Assembly (NCBI GenBank): GCA_900539185.1
Contig: UQBG01000012.1
Coordinates: 4,910 to 68,909, forward strand
DNA length: 64,000 nt
Source: an uncultured Clostridium sp.
GTDB lineage: Bacteria; Bacillota; Clostridia; Lachnospirales; Lachnospiraceae
Direction: 5' to 3'
Every line of letters begins with the position of its first letter. Position 1 is the stretch's first letter. Positions 11,521-22,303 of the stretch are shown piece after piece. Made by a program: the position numbers and the translations under genes. The notes below the pieces were generated by a model that was given only the letters and a program-made list of their open reading frames with translations, was not told where the DNA came from and ran no database searches.

Positions 11521-11569
11521 AAAGGGCCGGTGCAAGATAAGAATAGGCTTATTTTGCCAGCCCTTTTTC
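11521..11569 (+). terminator. Putative intrinsic terminator after jag
   Basis: Imperfect GC stem AAAGGGCCGG ... CCAGCCCTTT followed by TTTTTCT. Confidence 0.45.
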
Positions 11570-11588
11570 TGTATATAAGGAGGAAACT

Positions 11589-12968
11589 ATGTACCAGAAA
11601 GATACAATCGCGGCTATCGCAACCGGGATGACCAATGCAGGGATTGGAATAATCAGAGTCAGTGGAGAGGATGCAATCCGAATCGCTGATCAGGTATTTC
11701 AGGCTAAGAATCCAACTAAAAAACTGAATCAACTGGCTGGATATACGGCATTGTATGGTAATATCTGTGATGGTGATACTGTGTTAGATGAAGCTGTATG
11801 TCTGGTTATGCGTGCTCCTTATTCTTATACAACGGAAGATGTGGTAGAGATACAGTGTCATGGTGGTATTGTGATGCTGCGAAAGATACTGGAGCTGGTA
11901 GTAAAAACAGGTGCAAGACCGGCAGAACCCGGCGAATTTACAAAGCGTGCATATCTGGGAGGAAGAATCGACATTACGCAGGCAGAATCGGTTATGGATA
12001 TGATAAGTGCGAAAAATGAGCTGGCTGCCAAATCCTCTGTGTCTCAGCTTCAGGGAAGTCTGTCAAAAAAAATAAAAGATATACGGACGATGATACTGGA
12101 GCAGGTAGCATATATTGAATCTGCTCTGGATGATCCGGAAAACTATAGCCTGGACGGATATAGCGATAAATTAAAGATTCCAATTAGTGATACGGTAAAA
12201 CAGATTGATGCGCTGATACAGACAGCAGATGAAGGAAAGATGATAAAGGAAGGAATCCAAACAGTAATTCTCGGAAAACCCAATGCAGGAAAGTCATCAC
12301 TGCTGAATCTCCTGCTTGGAGAAGAACGGGCCATTGTAACGGATGTTGCAGGAACAACCAGAGATACGTTAGAAGAAGATACTGTTATACAGGGAATTCC
12401 ATTAAAAATCATAGATACAGCCGGTATCCATGATACCGTGGATATTGTGGAAAAGATAGGCGTTGATAAAGCGAAAAAACAGATTGAGGATGCAGATCTG
12501 GTGCTTTATGTTGTCGACGGTGCCAGGCCGTTAGATCCGGATGATACTGAGATTATGGGACTTTTGAAGGATCAAAAGGTTATTATTATAGTAAATAAAA
12601 GTGATGTGGAGCAAATTGTGGATAAGTCGTGCATAACTTCACAGTTACAGGCACCGATTGTGGAAATGTCAGCAAAAACCGGAGAAGGGCTTACAAAATT
12701 ACATGATTGCTTGAAGAATATGTTCTTCCATGGTAAGCTGTCCATGAATGATGAAGTATATATTACAAATCTCAGACATAAACAGGCATTGGTAGAAGCA
12801 AAAAACAGTCTGATGCAGGTACTGAGCAGTATTGAACAACAAATGCCGGAGGATTTTCTGACTATTGATCTGATGTCAGCATATGAACAACTGGGATATA
12901 TTCTGGGAGAAGAACTGGAAGATGATCTGGCAAATGAGATATTCAGTAAATTCTGTATGGGAAAGTAG
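11589..12968 (+). CDS. mnmE: tRNA modification GTPase MnmE
   Basis: 459 aa with G-domain motifs ([16 protein letters not shown]) and a C-terminal CxGK-type ending (FCMGK). Confidence 0.95.
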   Translation: MYQKDTIAAIATGMTNAGIGIIRVSGEDAIRIADQVFQAKNPTKKLNQLAGYTALYGNICDGDTVLDEAVCLVMRAPYSYTTEDVVEIQCHGGIVMLRKILELVVKTGARPAEPGEFTKRAYLGGRIDITQAESVMDMISAKNELAAKSSVSQLQGSLSKKIKDIRTMILEQVAYIESALDDPENYSLDGYSDKLKIPISDTVKQIDALIQTADEGKMIKEGIQTVILGKPNAGKSSLLNLLLGEERAIVTDVAGTTRDTLEEDTVIQGIPLKIIDTAGIHDTVDIVEKIGVDKAKKQIEDADLVLYVVDGARPLDPDDTEIMGLLKDQKVIIIVNKSDVEQIVDKSCITSQLQAPIVEMSAKTGEGLTKLHDCLKNMFFHGKLSMNDEVYITNLRHKQALVEAKNSLMQVLSSIEQQMPEDFLTIDLMSAYEQLGYILGEELEDDLANEIFSKFCMGK

Positions 12969-12982
12969 GAAGGAAGAGAAGT

Positions 12983-14851
12983 ATGCCACAAGTAGAAGAA
13001 TCCTATGATGTCGTGGTAGTAGGTGCCGGACATGCCGGATGTGAAGCGGCACTGGCAACCGCCAGAACGGGACTGGAAACAATTATATTTACGGTTAGTA
13101 TGGATAGTGTAGCTATGATGCCCTGTAATCCAAATGTCGGAGGAAGTTCTAAGGGACATCTGGTAAGAGAAATCGATGCTATGGGCGGTGAAATGGGAAA
13201 GAATATAGATAAAACCTATATTCAGTCCAAGATGCTAAATGAGTCAAAGGGTCCTGCCGTTCATTCTCTTCGGGCACAGGCAGATAAAGCAGAATACTCC
13301 AGAGCTATGCGGATGACATTACAAAATACAGATCATCTGACATTGCGACAGGCAGAGGTAACAGAACTTCTGGCAGAAGGAAAGACAATTACAGGTGTTA
13401 AGACATATTCGGGAGCAATCTATCATGCTAAGGCAGTCATACTATGCACAGGTGTATATTTGAAGGCAAGATGTATCTATGGAGATGTCAGTTATCCAAC
13501 CGGGCCAAATGGATTGCAGGCGGCCAATCATCTGACCGATTCTTTGATTCAGCTTGGAATACCGGTTCGACGATTTAAGACGGGAACACCTGCCAGAATC
13601 GATAAGAGAAGTATCGACTTTAGCAAGATGTCAGAGCAGTTCGGAGATGAGCATATTGTTCCGTTTTCATTTACAAACAAGGAAGAGGATATAAAGCGGG
13701 AGCAGATTTCCTGCTGGTTGACTTATACAAATGAAACAACACATGAGATCATTCGTCAGAATGTAGATCGGTCTCCACTGTTTTCCGGTGCTATAGAAGG
13801 AACCGGTCCACGGTACTGTCCATCGATCGAGGATAAGGTTATGAAGTTCCCCGATAAGGATCGGCATCAGGTATTTATCGAACCGGAGGGTGAATATACG
13901 AATGAGATGTATATCGGTGGCATGTCCAGTTCTCTGCCGGAGGATGTTCAGTATGCGATGTATCGAAGTGTGCCGGGACTGGAGCATGCAAAGATTGTAA
14001 GAACCGCTTATGCAATCGAATATGACTGTATCGATGCGACACAGCTAAAGGCTTCTTTGGAATTCAAGGAGTATCCGGGATTATTTGCCGGTGGACAGTT
14101 TAATGGAAGCTCCGGATATGAAGAGGCAGCCGCACAGGGATTTATGGCAGGGGTCAATGCGGCCAGAAAGCTGCAGGGAAAGGAACCTGTGATCTTAGAT
14201 CGTTCTCAGGCCTATATCGGGGTATTGATTGATGATTTGGTAACGAAGGAAACACAGGAGCCATATCGAATGATGACATCGCGGGCTGAGTATCGACTGC
14301 TTTTGCGGCAGGACAATGCGGATCTGCGGCTTACGGATATCGGACATGAGATTGGTCTGATCGACGAGGCTCGCTATCAGGTATTTTGTGAAAAGAGAAG
14401 ACTGATCCGGGAAGAAATAAAAAGACTGGAATCCATTACAGTAGGTGCAGGAAAGAAGATCCAGACATTTCTGGAGAGTGTAGAAAGTACTCCGCTTAAG
14501 ACAGCGGCGACGCTGGCAGATCTGATTCGGCGTCCGGAGCTTAGCTATGAAAGGATAGCTCCAATCGATGAAGAGAGAAAAGAACTTCCTTCGGATGTAA
14601 TCGAGCAGATTAATATAGAATTAAAATATGAGGGATATATAAAGAGACAACAACAGCAGGTAGAGCATTTTAAGAAACTGGAAAGAAGGCAGATACCAAG
14701 CGATATTGATTATGATGCAATTGGAAATCTACGCAGGGAGGCCAGACAGAAGTTAAATGCGATACGCCCGGCATCGGTTGGTCAGGCATCAAGAATCTCC
14801 GGGGTATCTCCGGCCGATATATCGGTACTGTTAATCTATCTGGGAAAATAA
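12983..14851 (+). CDS. mnmG: tRNA uridine 5-carboxymethylaminomethyl modification enzyme MnmG
   Basis: 622 aa with N-terminal FAD site [13 protein letters not shown]. Confidence 0.95.
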   Translation: MPQVEESYDVVVVGAGHAGCEAALATARTGLETIIFTVSMDSVAMMPCNPNVGGSSKGHLVREIDAMGGEMGKNIDKTYIQSKMLNESKGPAVHSLRAQADKAEYSRAMRMTLQNTDHLTLRQAEVTELLAEGKTITGVKTYSGAIYHAKAVILCTGVYLKARCIYGDVSYPTGPNGLQAANHLTDSLIQLGIPVRRFKTGTPARIDKRSIDFSKMSEQFGDEHIVPFSFTNKEEDIKREQISCWLTYTNETTHEIIRQNVDRSPLFSGAIEGTGPRYCPSIEDKVMKFPDKDRHQVFIEPEGEYTNEMYIGGMSSSLPEDVQYAMYRSVPGLEHAKIVRTAYAIEYDCIDATQLKASLEFKEYPGLFAGGQFNGSSGYEEAAAQGFMAGVNAARKLQGKEPVILDRSQAYIGVLIDDLVTKETQEPYRMMTSRAEYRLLLRQDNADLRLTDIGHEIGLIDEARYQVFCEKRRLIREEIKRLESITVGAGKKIQTFLESVESTPLKTAATLADLIRRPELSYERIAPIDEERKELPSDVIEQINIELKYEGYIKRQQQQVEHFKKLERRQIPSDIDYDAIGNLRREARQKLNAIRPASVGQASRISGVSPADISVLLIYLGK

Positions 14852-14872
14852 TGGAATGAAATAAGAGGAAAT

Positions 14873-15595
14873 ATGCGAATGAAAGAGCTACAGGAAAAGG
14901 CTGAGCAGCTTGGAATTGTCATAACGGATCAGCAGGCAGAACAGTTTCAGATTTATTATGACAGATTGATCGAGAAGAATAAAGTTATGAATCTGACTGC
15001 AATTACCGAATATCAGGAGGTCATCGATAAGCATTTTATCGATAGTATTCTTCTGGGAACGGTAATGGATCTGTCAAAAGAACAGTCAATGATCGATGTA
15101 GGAACCGGAGCCGGATTCCCCGGGATACCGTTGAAGATTGTATATCCGGAGCTGGAGATTACACTATTGGATTCCCTGAATAAACGTGTAAAGTTTCTGG
15201 AGGAAGTAGTAGCGGAGTTGAAGCTTCAGAATATACAGGCTGTGCATATGCGGGCAGAGGATGGTGGTCAGAGTAAGGAACATCGGGAGCAGTATGATAT
15301 CTGTGTATCCCGGGCGGTTGCAAATCTGGCTACCTTATGTGAGTATTGTCTGCCATTTGTGAAAAAGGGTGGTTGTTTTGTATCCTACAAGGCAGCAAAG
15401 ACGGAAGAAGAGCTTACGCAGGCAGAGCATGCCATAAAGGTGCTGGGTGGAAAGATAAAAACGGTAAAAGAATTAAGTCTCCCGGATGCGGAAGGCAAGA
15501 GAACCCTGGTTGTAATCGAAAAGATTGCAAAGACTCCAAAGCAGTATCCGCGAAAGGCAGGCGTTGCTTCGAAGGAACCGATTCAAAAGAAATGA
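14873..15595 (+). CDS. rsmG: 16S rRNA (guanine527-N7)-methyltransferase RsmG
   Basis: 240 aa with SAM-binding DVGTGAGFPGIPL motif. Follows mnmG. Confidence 0.9.
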   Translation: MRMKELQEKAEQLGIVITDQQAEQFQIYYDRLIEKNKVMNLTAITEYQEVIDKHFIDSILLGTVMDLSKEQSMIDVGTGAGFPGIPLKIVYPELEITLLDSLNKRVKFLEEVVAELKLQNIQAVHMRAEDGGQSKEHREQYDICVSRAVANLATLCEYCLPFVKKGGCFVSYKAAKTEEELTQAEHAIKVLGGKIKTVKELSLPDAEGKRTLVVIEKIAKTPKQYPRKAGVASKEPIQKK

Positions 15596-15601
15596 TGAAA
15601 C

Positions 15602-15640
15602 GAAAAACCACTGAAGGAATCAGTGGTTTTTTCGTTTCTC
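15602..15640. terminator. Bidirectional intrinsic terminator (rsmG and convergent exonuclease gene)
   Basis: Stem GAAAAACCACTG / CAGTGGTTTTTTC with 7-nt loop. T-run on plus side, A-run on minus side. The exonuclease stop codon lies inside the stem. Confidence 0.7.
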
Positions 15641-16564
15641 TTTTCTTTTTTCCCGCAGCTCAATCTGGCGGTTACGAATCGTTTCTACATCGGATTTTTT
15701 AATAGGTATAATGGTCTTTATAGCAAATAGTTTTCCGGAGCAAGAGGTTTTAATCCGGATCATTCCTTTCTGATATCCATGATACCAGCATTTTCCTACA
15801 CTGACATAGGAAGATTGATTGTAAGAAAACCATTTGATCTTCTTTGATATCTTGCGACGACACTTATAGCATCGGAGTGTGGTGATGTCCTTATCTTCCA
15901 TGATCTCATTTCTGTGATCAAAACCACGACTGATATGCTCTGCATAGGATTGATGATAGGAGTGGATCTCCTGTTCCTTTGCCTTTGGTTCGTGGTAATA
16001 GTCATAGGAATACTGATCATGCAGGTTCTTCTTGGATAACTGTTGGAAGATCGCTGCTGTATACCTTGCATCGTTGATTGCGGTATGGAAATCTTCTGTG
16101 GTAGGAAGCTCTAAGGCTGTGACTGCCCGCTCCAGCTTGCACGCACCCATATCGGGATACGATTCTGCAAAGATGGACTGTATGTTATAATACTTAAACG
16201 GCTCAGTAAAATTCTTAATATAGTAATAATCCATATTCTTCTGAAGCTGTGTCAGATCGCTGGGTCCCCAGGTACCAAACATATAGTTAGAACCACACCA
16301 GGCTTTAAATTCTTTACAGACCATTTCAAATGGCTGTCCGGTTCGAAGATAGGTTTCATCGTAGTTCAACATCTGACGGATGTGATTATGAAGGTACTTA
16401 TATACACGAGGCTTCACGATCCGGCTGAATTCATCTACTACTTCAAAAGCATCATTCAATTTAACGGCACCGATCTCAATGATCTCGAACGGAAGTCTGG
16501 GATTCTCATAATCCGGTCCTTTTGGACACTGATTCCACTCCAGGTCAAAAATAATGTAATGCAT
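15620..16564 (-). CDS. DEDDh-family 3'-5' exonuclease (KapD/ERI-1-like) with C-terminal Cys/His-rich extension
   Basis: 314 aa with Exo I FDLEWN, Exo II TWGPSDL and Exo III HTAINDARYTAAI motifs. C-terminal ~90 aa carries CYKCRRK ... KCWYHGY. Confidence 0.6.
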   Translation of the reverse strand: MHYIIFDLEWNQCPKGPDYENPRLPFEIIEIGAVKLNDAFEVVDEFSRIVKPRVYKYLHNHIRQMLNYDETYLRTGQPFEMVCKEFKAWCGSNYMFGTWGPSDLTQLQKNMDYYYIKNFTEPFKYYNIQSIFAESYPDMGACKLERAVTALELPTTEDFHTAINDARYTAAIFQQLSKKNLHDQYSYDYYHEPKAKEQEIHSYHQSYAEHISRGFDHRNEIMEDKDITTLRCYKCRRKISKKIKWFSYNQSSYVSVGKCWYHGYQKGMIRIKTSCSGKLFAIKTIIPIKKSDVETIRNRQIELREKRKEKRKNH

Positions 16565-16584
16565 ATCCTTGTATTATGTACGTA

Positions 16585-17151
16585 TTAAGAAGGCATTCGG
16601 GTAACTTTTGAACTGCTGATCTCACCCTCTAATGACTTGTGAATATCATGTAATGTTTCATTAGCTTCAGAAGCAGCCAGTTTGCTGTCACCGGATAGCT
16701 GAACGACCTGCTTGGTGATGCGATCATTACTATTCACAACACGTACCATGTTCTCCTGATTTTTTTTCATAATAAGCTTCGTGCAGAGCTTCTGTTGCTC
16801 GATCAACTCATTATTTAATCTTATGTTATCAGCCTTCAGTTCTTCTACAGAGGCAATTAAAGCTTCCATTCGCTGGTTCATGGAGAGTTCTTCTCGCTTA
16901 GCAACGGAATAAAGTCCTTTTTCCACCTTAGTTAGTTCGTTCTGTTTATCCATGGAACGGTTTGTGATTTCGTCTACCTTGCGGATAATGCTATCTACCA
17001 GAAAATAAGTATCTGTCACTACGATAAGACCAAAGGCTATAATTAACTCTAACCGCTCCGGCATAGTAGCAATTAAGTATATCATTGTAACAAATGCTGC
17101 CATCATAGCAACGGAGCTGATCAGCAAGTTCGTTTTAATTTTCTGTTTCAT
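16585..17151 (-). CDS. Hypothetical membrane-anchored coiled-coil protein
   Basis: Track frame starts at GTG 17169 with no RBS. The ATG at 17151 (MKQKIKTNLL) has GAGGG 7 nt upstream. N-terminal hydrophobic segments followed by heptad-like E/K/L-rich region. Confidence 0.5.
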   Translation of the reverse strand: MKQKIKTNLLISSVAMMAAFVTMIYLIATMPERLELIIAFGLIVVTDTYFLVDSIIRKVDEITNRSMDKQNELTKVEKGLYSVAKREELSMNQRMEALIASVEELKADNIRLNNELIEQQKLCTKLIMKKNQENMVRVVNSNDRITKQVVQLSGDSKLAASEANETLHDIHKSLEGEISSSKVTRMPS

Positions 17152-17225
17152 GTAACATCCCTCTTTCACCGATACATTTAATTGCTTTTAGGATAGCATA
17201 TTTAGATAGGAAATACAAGGTTGCT

Positions 17226-18686
17226 TTAGTCGAAAGCATCAACGATAAGGCCGTCAACCGGTTGCATATACATATCGTCGGTAACCGGTTTATAGTAAGT
17301 ATCATCCACATAATCGGTGAATCCATTTGGTGCCTGATAGATCTCACCGGTGTCTGTGTTATATACACGTTCATAACCCATGATAGCATCTGTTTGTTTT
17401 TGGCGCATAATATCTTCGCTGGCATTTCTGGACTCCCAGGAACTCATAATGATATCTGAGGTTTCATTGAGTGTCTGACGAAGAGACATTGCATTTGATA
17501 CCATTTGATCCCCCTGAGCCATTGTATTGCTGACAAAGGCATCGGTATAGTCGATAGAACTCAGGCACTGTGACAGGATTGGCTGCCATTCCGTAAATTC
17601 ATTTTCTGCAGATGTAATGGCACAAATATTGTATACCATATAGAAACCGGCACCAATGCTTGCACCATTTCCATTGGAAAAATCTACAACATCCGCCATG
17701 AACATGCCTTCACCGGCAGTGCCATAGCTGTCAGTAAAGGTGGCATGAAGAGTTGCCGGATTGATCGCATAGGCGGCCATATCGGAAGTGTCGGCAAAGG
17801 ATTCCAGCGTTGTAAAGTCATTAAACTGCGGAAACTCATAACCGGCATAGCTTGCTTCTATCTGACCGGCATAAGAAGTATATTCCGAAAAGATCCGGTA
17901 AAAATTCTCAGTGGATGGATCGCTCAGAATCGGAGCTAAAGCCATGACGGCGTAGGTGCCTCCATATGTATCATAAGAAACCTGATAGTAGTTCTTATCG
18001 GACTCATTGTAAAGAAATGGCTGAGCCTTTAGTAAAAGGAATATCTGATTGACCGGCTGTTCCGGATCATATACACGGATCGTATGAAAAATACCGGTAC
18101 CACCGGTAGTAACTGTCCATCCGCTTGGAATCTGCATACTAATGTCGTCTGTCTGATAAGGTTCCAGAGTCACCTGACTGGCTCTGGTAGGAACGATAGT
18201 ATAGTTTGAAGCGGAAGAGGTACTGTCAGCAGAAGAGGAACTACTTTCATTTTTCGTAATATCATCTGCCAGTCCCCACAGGTATTGATCGGAACTGATG
18301 GTATAGACGTCAGTTCCAACAACCAGGTTGTGCTGATTAAAAGAAAATGTATAAGCCCGGGCATCTGATAATGTGAAGATAAAGGAATCATCATAGTCTG
18401 AAGCAGTACGGTTGGTTTTCTGTTCAACCTGCAGTTTTGATAAGGCCTGGAACAGTCTGCCGATCGTTTTCTTATCATCTATTTGATATTCTTCTGAGGT
18501 TTCATGATTTCTCCGATAGAAAACAGAAACGACGTCATCGCTGTCAAAAGTATCGGCAAAGGTCTGAACATCCTTGTCATAAAGAGAAAAGATACTATCT
18601 CCGACTCCGGAGCCGCCCTGTGAACGGCAGGAACAGAGAGAAAGTATCATAAGTAGGGTTAGTCCTAGTGCAATCCATTTTTTCAT
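17226..18686 (-). CDS. Hypothetical lipoprotein (486 aa)
   Basis: Signal peptide with lipobox LSLC-S (MKKWIALGLTLLMILSLCSC). S/T/D-rich, with no recognisable catalytic motif. Confidence 0.6.
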   Translation of the reverse strand: MKKWIALGLTLLMILSLCSCRSQGGSGVGDSIFSLYDKDVQTFADTFDSDDVVSVFYRRNHETSEEYQIDDKKTIGRLFQALSKLQVEQKTNRTASDYDDSFIFTLSDARAYTFSFNQHNLVVGTDVYTISSDQYLWGLADDITKNESSSSSADSTSSASNYTIVPTRASQVTLEPYQTDDISMQIPSGWTVTTGGTGIFHTIRVYDPEQPVNQIFLLLKAQPFLYNESDKNYYQVSYDTYGGTYAVMALAPILSDPSTENFYRIFSEYTSYAGQIEASYAGYEFPQFNDFTTLESFADTSDMAAYAINPATLHATFTDSYGTAGEGMFMADVVDFSNGNGASIGAGFYMVYNICAITSAENEFTEWQPILSQCLSSIDYTDAFVSNTMAQGDQMVSNAMSLRQTLNETSDIIMSSWESRNASEDIMRQKQTDAIMGYERVYNTDTGEIYQAPNGFTDYVDDTYYKPVTDDMYMQPVDGLIVDAFD

Positions 18687-18808
18687 AGTCGTCCTCCTTT
18701 AAGATAGAATTACGTATCGTCTATTATTGATATAAAGATAAGTTCTATTATATAGAAAACAGGAAAAAATGGTTAGTTTACATTTGTCTCTATTTAAAAA
18801 TGCAGGGA

Positions 18809-19489
18809 TTATATGGATAAATGATCAGAAAGAAGTCGATCAATCAGGTCATAATGCAGATCAATCGCCTGATCACAGGCAGAGCGGTTGCCACTCTGCA
18901 GGGAAGAGAGCATAGCCATATGAGCAGAGTGGAGCTGCTGCTTCTGGTGAGAATCGGCACATTCCAGGGCTGTAGCAACCCAGTCTCGGTAGACGTCACA
19001 AACAGCATCCATGATAGCGATCCAGAAATGATTCCGGGAAGCCTGAACCAGAAGATAATGAAATTGTCGGTCCTGTTCTGCTTCCTCTAAGATTCCTTGT
19101 ACAGGTGCAGAAAGAACATTTGTCAGTTCTGAAATATCAAAGAAACCACGATCAATAATAGACTGGCAGGCAGACTTTTCCATTGTACGACGGAAGTCAC
19201 AGATATCCTGTGGTGTAACGAGCTGAAGCATCAGAAAAAGACGAATCATTTCGGAAAGTTTTTTCGATATATTACCGGTGAAGTAGCTGCCTGATCCACG
19301 GCGGCTTTCAATAATTCCCATATTTTCCAGCGTGCGAAGAGCCTCCCTGGTGGAAGGACGACTGATTTCCAGTTCTTCTGCTAATGCACGTTCGGTAGGC
19401 AGGCGGTCACCAAGCTGTATGGTTCCGTCCTGCATTTTATTGCATAGATATTGGATTGCCTTTTGATATTCCTTTGCATTCGATGCCAT
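18809..19489 (-). CDS. GntR-family transcriptional regulator (FadR/FCD-type C-domain)
   Basis: Trimmed to the ATG at 19489 (MASNAKEYQ), which has an AAGGAG RBS. N-terminal wHTH LPTERALAEELEISRPSTREALRTLE. Confidence 0.75.
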   Translation of the reverse strand: MASNAKEYQKAIQYLCNKMQDGTIQLGDRLPTERALAEELEISRPSTREALRTLENMGIIESRRGSGSYFTGNISKKLSEMIRLFLMLQLVTPQDICDFRRTMEKSACQSIIDRGFFDISELTNVLSAPVQGILEEAEQDRQFHYLLVQASRNHFWIAIMDAVCDVYRDWVATALECADSHQKQQLHSAHMAMLSSLQSGNRSACDQAIDLHYDLIDRLLSDHLSI

Positions 19490-19526
19490 GTCTCTGCTCC
19501 TTATGTATATATAGTAAGTAGTAGGG

Positions 19527-20216
19527 CTAAATAAACTTTGAAAAGAGAGAAGCACCACCTACGGTCAGAATACCGGAGACGGCTATGGACAAACCACTCA
19601 TTGCACCCTCTATCTCGCCCATTTCTAAGGCTTTTGCGGTGCCAATCGCATGGGAGGCAGAGCCAATCGCAATGCCCTTGGCAATTGGTTCCCTGATGTG
19701 AAACCATTTACAGATAAATGGTGCCAGAATATTACCCAGAATACCGGTTATGATAATAACGGCAACGGTCAGAGTTACGTAGCCACCCAGTTCCTCGGAT
19801 ACGCCCATGCCAATCGCAGTGGTGATAGACTTCGGGAGAAATGTAATGTATTCTTCGTGAGACAGACCGAAGATCAGACTCATAACCAGAATACAGCAAA
19901 GGGTGGTCAGGACACCGGAGAGAATGCCTGCCAGAATCGCTTTCCAGTTACTTTTTAGCAGCTCCAGCTTCTCATATAGCGGTACGGCAAGACATACGGT
20001 AGCCGGTGTCAGGAGGTAGCTTAAGTACTTCGCTCCGGTATAGTAGGTATCATAATCAATATGTGATACCAGCAGAATGAGGATCGTTATAATAATTGAA
20101 ATCAGTAATGGATTGAAGATCGCCAGTTTAAACTTGTTTTTAAGAAGACAGCCCAGACCGTATGCTACAATGCTGACGGTTACTCCAAAAAATACTGAAT
20201 TATGAAATGCTTCCAT
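19527..20216 (-). CDS. lrgB: LrgB/CidB-family murein hydrolase modulator
   Basis: 229 aa polytopic membrane protein, LrgB-like. Confidence 0.8.
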   Translation of the reverse strand: MEAFHNSVFFGVTVSIVAYGLGCLLKNKFKLAIFNPLLISIIITILILLVSHIDYDTYYTGAKYLSYLLTPATVCLAVPLYEKLELLKSNWKAILAGILSGVLTTLCCILVMSLIFGLSHEEYITFLPKSITTAIGMGVSEELGGYVTLTVAVIIITGILGNILAPFICKWFHIREPIAKGIAIGSASHAIGTAKALEMGEIEGAMSGLSIAVSGILTVGGASLFSKFI

Positions 20217-20589
20217 TTATATCTTCCTTTCTTGCCTTACGCTTTTGTTCCAGACGAATCACGAGCTGAGTTACCTGACCGGTAACCAGCATGACGATAA
20301 TTGTAGATAGAATCGTAATCACTACATAGGCAACCAGATTTGATTGAATAATTCCCCAGGAATCCATCAGACCAACAGCAGCCGGAATAAACATGAGCGG
20401 CATGATCTCGATTAAAAAAGTGGAGGTAGGTTTGACATCCTCCAGCTTAATGATTTTTAGCTGTAACAGCAGTAGCATAAGCAGCATACCGTAGATACAG
20501 GTGGGAATCGGAAGAGGGAGAAAGGTATGTAGGAGTTCTCCCGCAAAGGAAACAATGAGAATAATACAAAATTGTCGAATGTACTTCAT
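20200..20589 (-). CDS. lrgA: LrgA/CidA-family holin-like protein
   Basis: 129 aa with 4 TM. Overlaps the lrgB start by 17 nt. Confidence 0.75.
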   Translation of the reverse strand: MKYIRQFCIILIVSFAGELLHTFLPLPIPTCIYGMLLMLLLLQLKIIKLEDVKPTSTFLIEIMPLMFIPAAVGLMDSWGIIQSNLVAYVVITILSTIIVMLVTGQVTQLVIRLEQKRKARKEDINGSIS

Positions 20590-20689
20590 AGTAACAATAG
20601 CCTCTTTTCAAAAATTGGTCTTACCAATTATACAGCTATAAAAATAGGAAGTCAATGAGATATTAGTGTGATTTAAACGATTATCAATA

Positions 20690-20725
20690 TAAGAAACGCC
20701 GAATACGGAAAGGATGTATTCGGCG
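20690..20725 (-). terminator. Intrinsic terminator downstream of tRNA-Arg
   Basis: 10-bp stem CGCCGAATAC / GTATTCGGCG (plus coordinates 20697-20706 and 20716-20725) followed on the minus strand by a T-rich run. Confidence 0.6.
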
Positions 20726-20732
20726 GAGTTGT

Positions 20733-20809
20733 TGGCGTCGCTAAGAGGAATTGAACCTCCGGCCTACCGCTTAGGAGGCGGTCGCTCTATCCAACTGAGC
20801 TATAGCGAC
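20733..20809 (-). tRNA. tRNA-Arg (anticodon CCT)
   Basis: 77-nt cloverleaf on minus strand. Parts: GTCGCTA-TA-GCTC-AGTTGGATA-GAGC-G-ACCGC-CTCCTAA-GCGGT-AGGCC-GGAGG-TTCAATT-CCTCT-TAGCGAC-G. CCA encoded. The plus-strand ORF 20714..20905 is its antisense artefact. Confidence 0.85.
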
Positions 20810-20880
20810 AGTTTTATAACAAAGAATAACTTATATCGGTATCTATTTTATGAGAAAACAGGGCATCCGTCAAGACGAAC

Positions 20881-21759
20881 TTACGGTAAATTTACATACC
20901 CCTGAATCCATACGGTTCCCTTAAACCGCCTGCCGATTGCAGGTTCTCCCAGCAGGTCTTCCTGATTGATCATAATATCGATCAGAATCTCATTTACATC
21001 GGTGAGTAGTTGATAGAGCTTCTCACCGGTGATCGGATTCTCATGTGTATGGATAGCACGAATCGTACCCATGATAGAATACTGTTCACTGTCTACACCA
21101 TACGGGATAAAGCAGGAATCAACAATGGAGTAGATGTCTTCCTTTTTTGCACGTCTGGAAATGGCGGAATACAGATCAATATCTTCTAAGGTCAGACTTT
21201 CAATCGCATCGGCATCTCCTTCTCTGGCGGCGGCGATCAGTCGATTTCGGTTTGATCGCCCGTTAGCTTCCTGACGAAGTTGTTCTTCGTCCTTGTCGAT
21301 TCCGAGCAAAATACAGCCGTTCGAAGCCAGAGCCCCATAGGAAACCTGATTGAGAGGACGGTTGTATTCGTTTGACCATTTCGTTCTTACATAGTCTGCT
21401 ATATTCTGAAGAAAGAAGATGAGAGGAATACCAATATTCGTGTTCTCACTGACACCCGCATAGGCTTCTTTGTCAGAATGAGACTCTATCAGGATGCTAT
21501 CTTCCCAGCGGGAAGTCGTTCCCTGAATGTATGGAAAGTAATGCTCTACGATCAGATGATCGTTTTGATCATATTCTCCTATCAGACTAATTCCATAGGA
21601 AGGACTCAGTTCCTTTGTTAATTGAACAAGAGCGGTATCCGCACCGATCGTCGTAATGGAGCGGGTGGTAGGATGAGCAATGACATCTTCCAGTATAATA
21701 TTTAGTTGCTGTAGGTTCCGTAATCGGCTAAAGCCGATGGAACGTAAAAAGTGATGCAT
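20881..21759 (-). CDS. Conserved hypothetical protein (possibly DUF3881 family)
   Basis: 292 aa starting MHHFLRSIGF. GAAAGG RBS. Sits downstream of parB/DUF4446. Confidence 0.5.
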   Translation of the reverse strand: MHHFLRSIGFSRLRNLQQLNIILEDVIAHPTTRSITTIGADTALVQLTKELSPSYGISLIGEYDQNDHLIVEHYFPYIQGTTSRWEDSILIESHSDKEAYAGVSENTNIGIPLIFFLQNIADYVRTKWSNEYNRPLNQVSYGALASNGCILLGIDKDEEQLRQEANGRSNRNRLIAAAREGDADAIESLTLEDIDLYSAISRRAKKEDIYSIVDSCFIPYGVDSEQYSIMGTIRAIHTHENPITGEKLYQLLTDVNEILIDIMINQEDLLGEPAIGRRFKGTVWIQGYVNLP

Positions 21760-21787
21760 AGTGCTCGCCTTTCTGTAAATGCAGGAA

Positions 21788-22303
21788 TTAGTCAGCCAGA
21801 GGATCCTTCATATTAATTGCATTTTTTAGAGCTTCCTTTTCTTCCTCGGACAATGCAATGTAGGATTCTCCGTTTATAATTTCCTTTATATAAGTATAAC
21901 AACCTTCTCGGCTATGCATACAGTTGATAATGTAGCCACTGTTTCGATCTGTAAGCAATGCAAGGGCAAAGCTTAAAGTGCCACCCATTTCCTTAAAAGC
22001 GTCATACTTTACTATGCCCATCTTACTGTATGAGGAACGAAACTGACGTTTCAGATTCTTGATTTCCAATGCATGCTGCGTAGCAATTTGCTGCATAATA
22101 TCCAGTTCGCCAAAACGCTCATATATAACCTGTTCCAGTTCGGCTCCATTCTTTCCTTTCATAAAAGCAGTGTATTTGGTATTCAGTGCTGTTACCTTCG
22201 TAAGTAATATAATAACCAGCACGATGAGCGCAATGACTAAAATCATAAGTGCGATAATGATATATCCGGGGTCAATTCCTATGGAATTAAATATAGAACT
22301 CAT
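21788..22303 (-). CDS. DUF4446-like small membrane-anchored protein
   Basis: 171 aa with one N-terminal TM. GGAGG RBS. Family assignment from memory of this gene's usual position beside parB. Confidence 0.5.
   Translation of the reverse strand: MSSIFNSIGIDPGYIIIALMILVIALIVLVIILLTKVTALNTKYTAFMKGKNGAELEQVIYERFGELDIMQQIATQHALEIKNLKRQFRSSYSKMGIVKYDAFKEMGGTLSFALALLTDRNSGYIINCMHSREGCYTYIKEIINGESYIALSEEEKEALKNAINMKDPLAD

Noticed and set aside
20714-20905. 63-aa plus-strand ORF (MYSAELLASLRGIEPPAYRLGGGRSIQLSYS...)
   Set aside because: It is the antisense read-through of tRNA-Arg(CCT) (20733-20809). It has no RBS, and the GIEPP/QLSY peptide is the typical translation artefact of a tRNA T-arm/D-arm.
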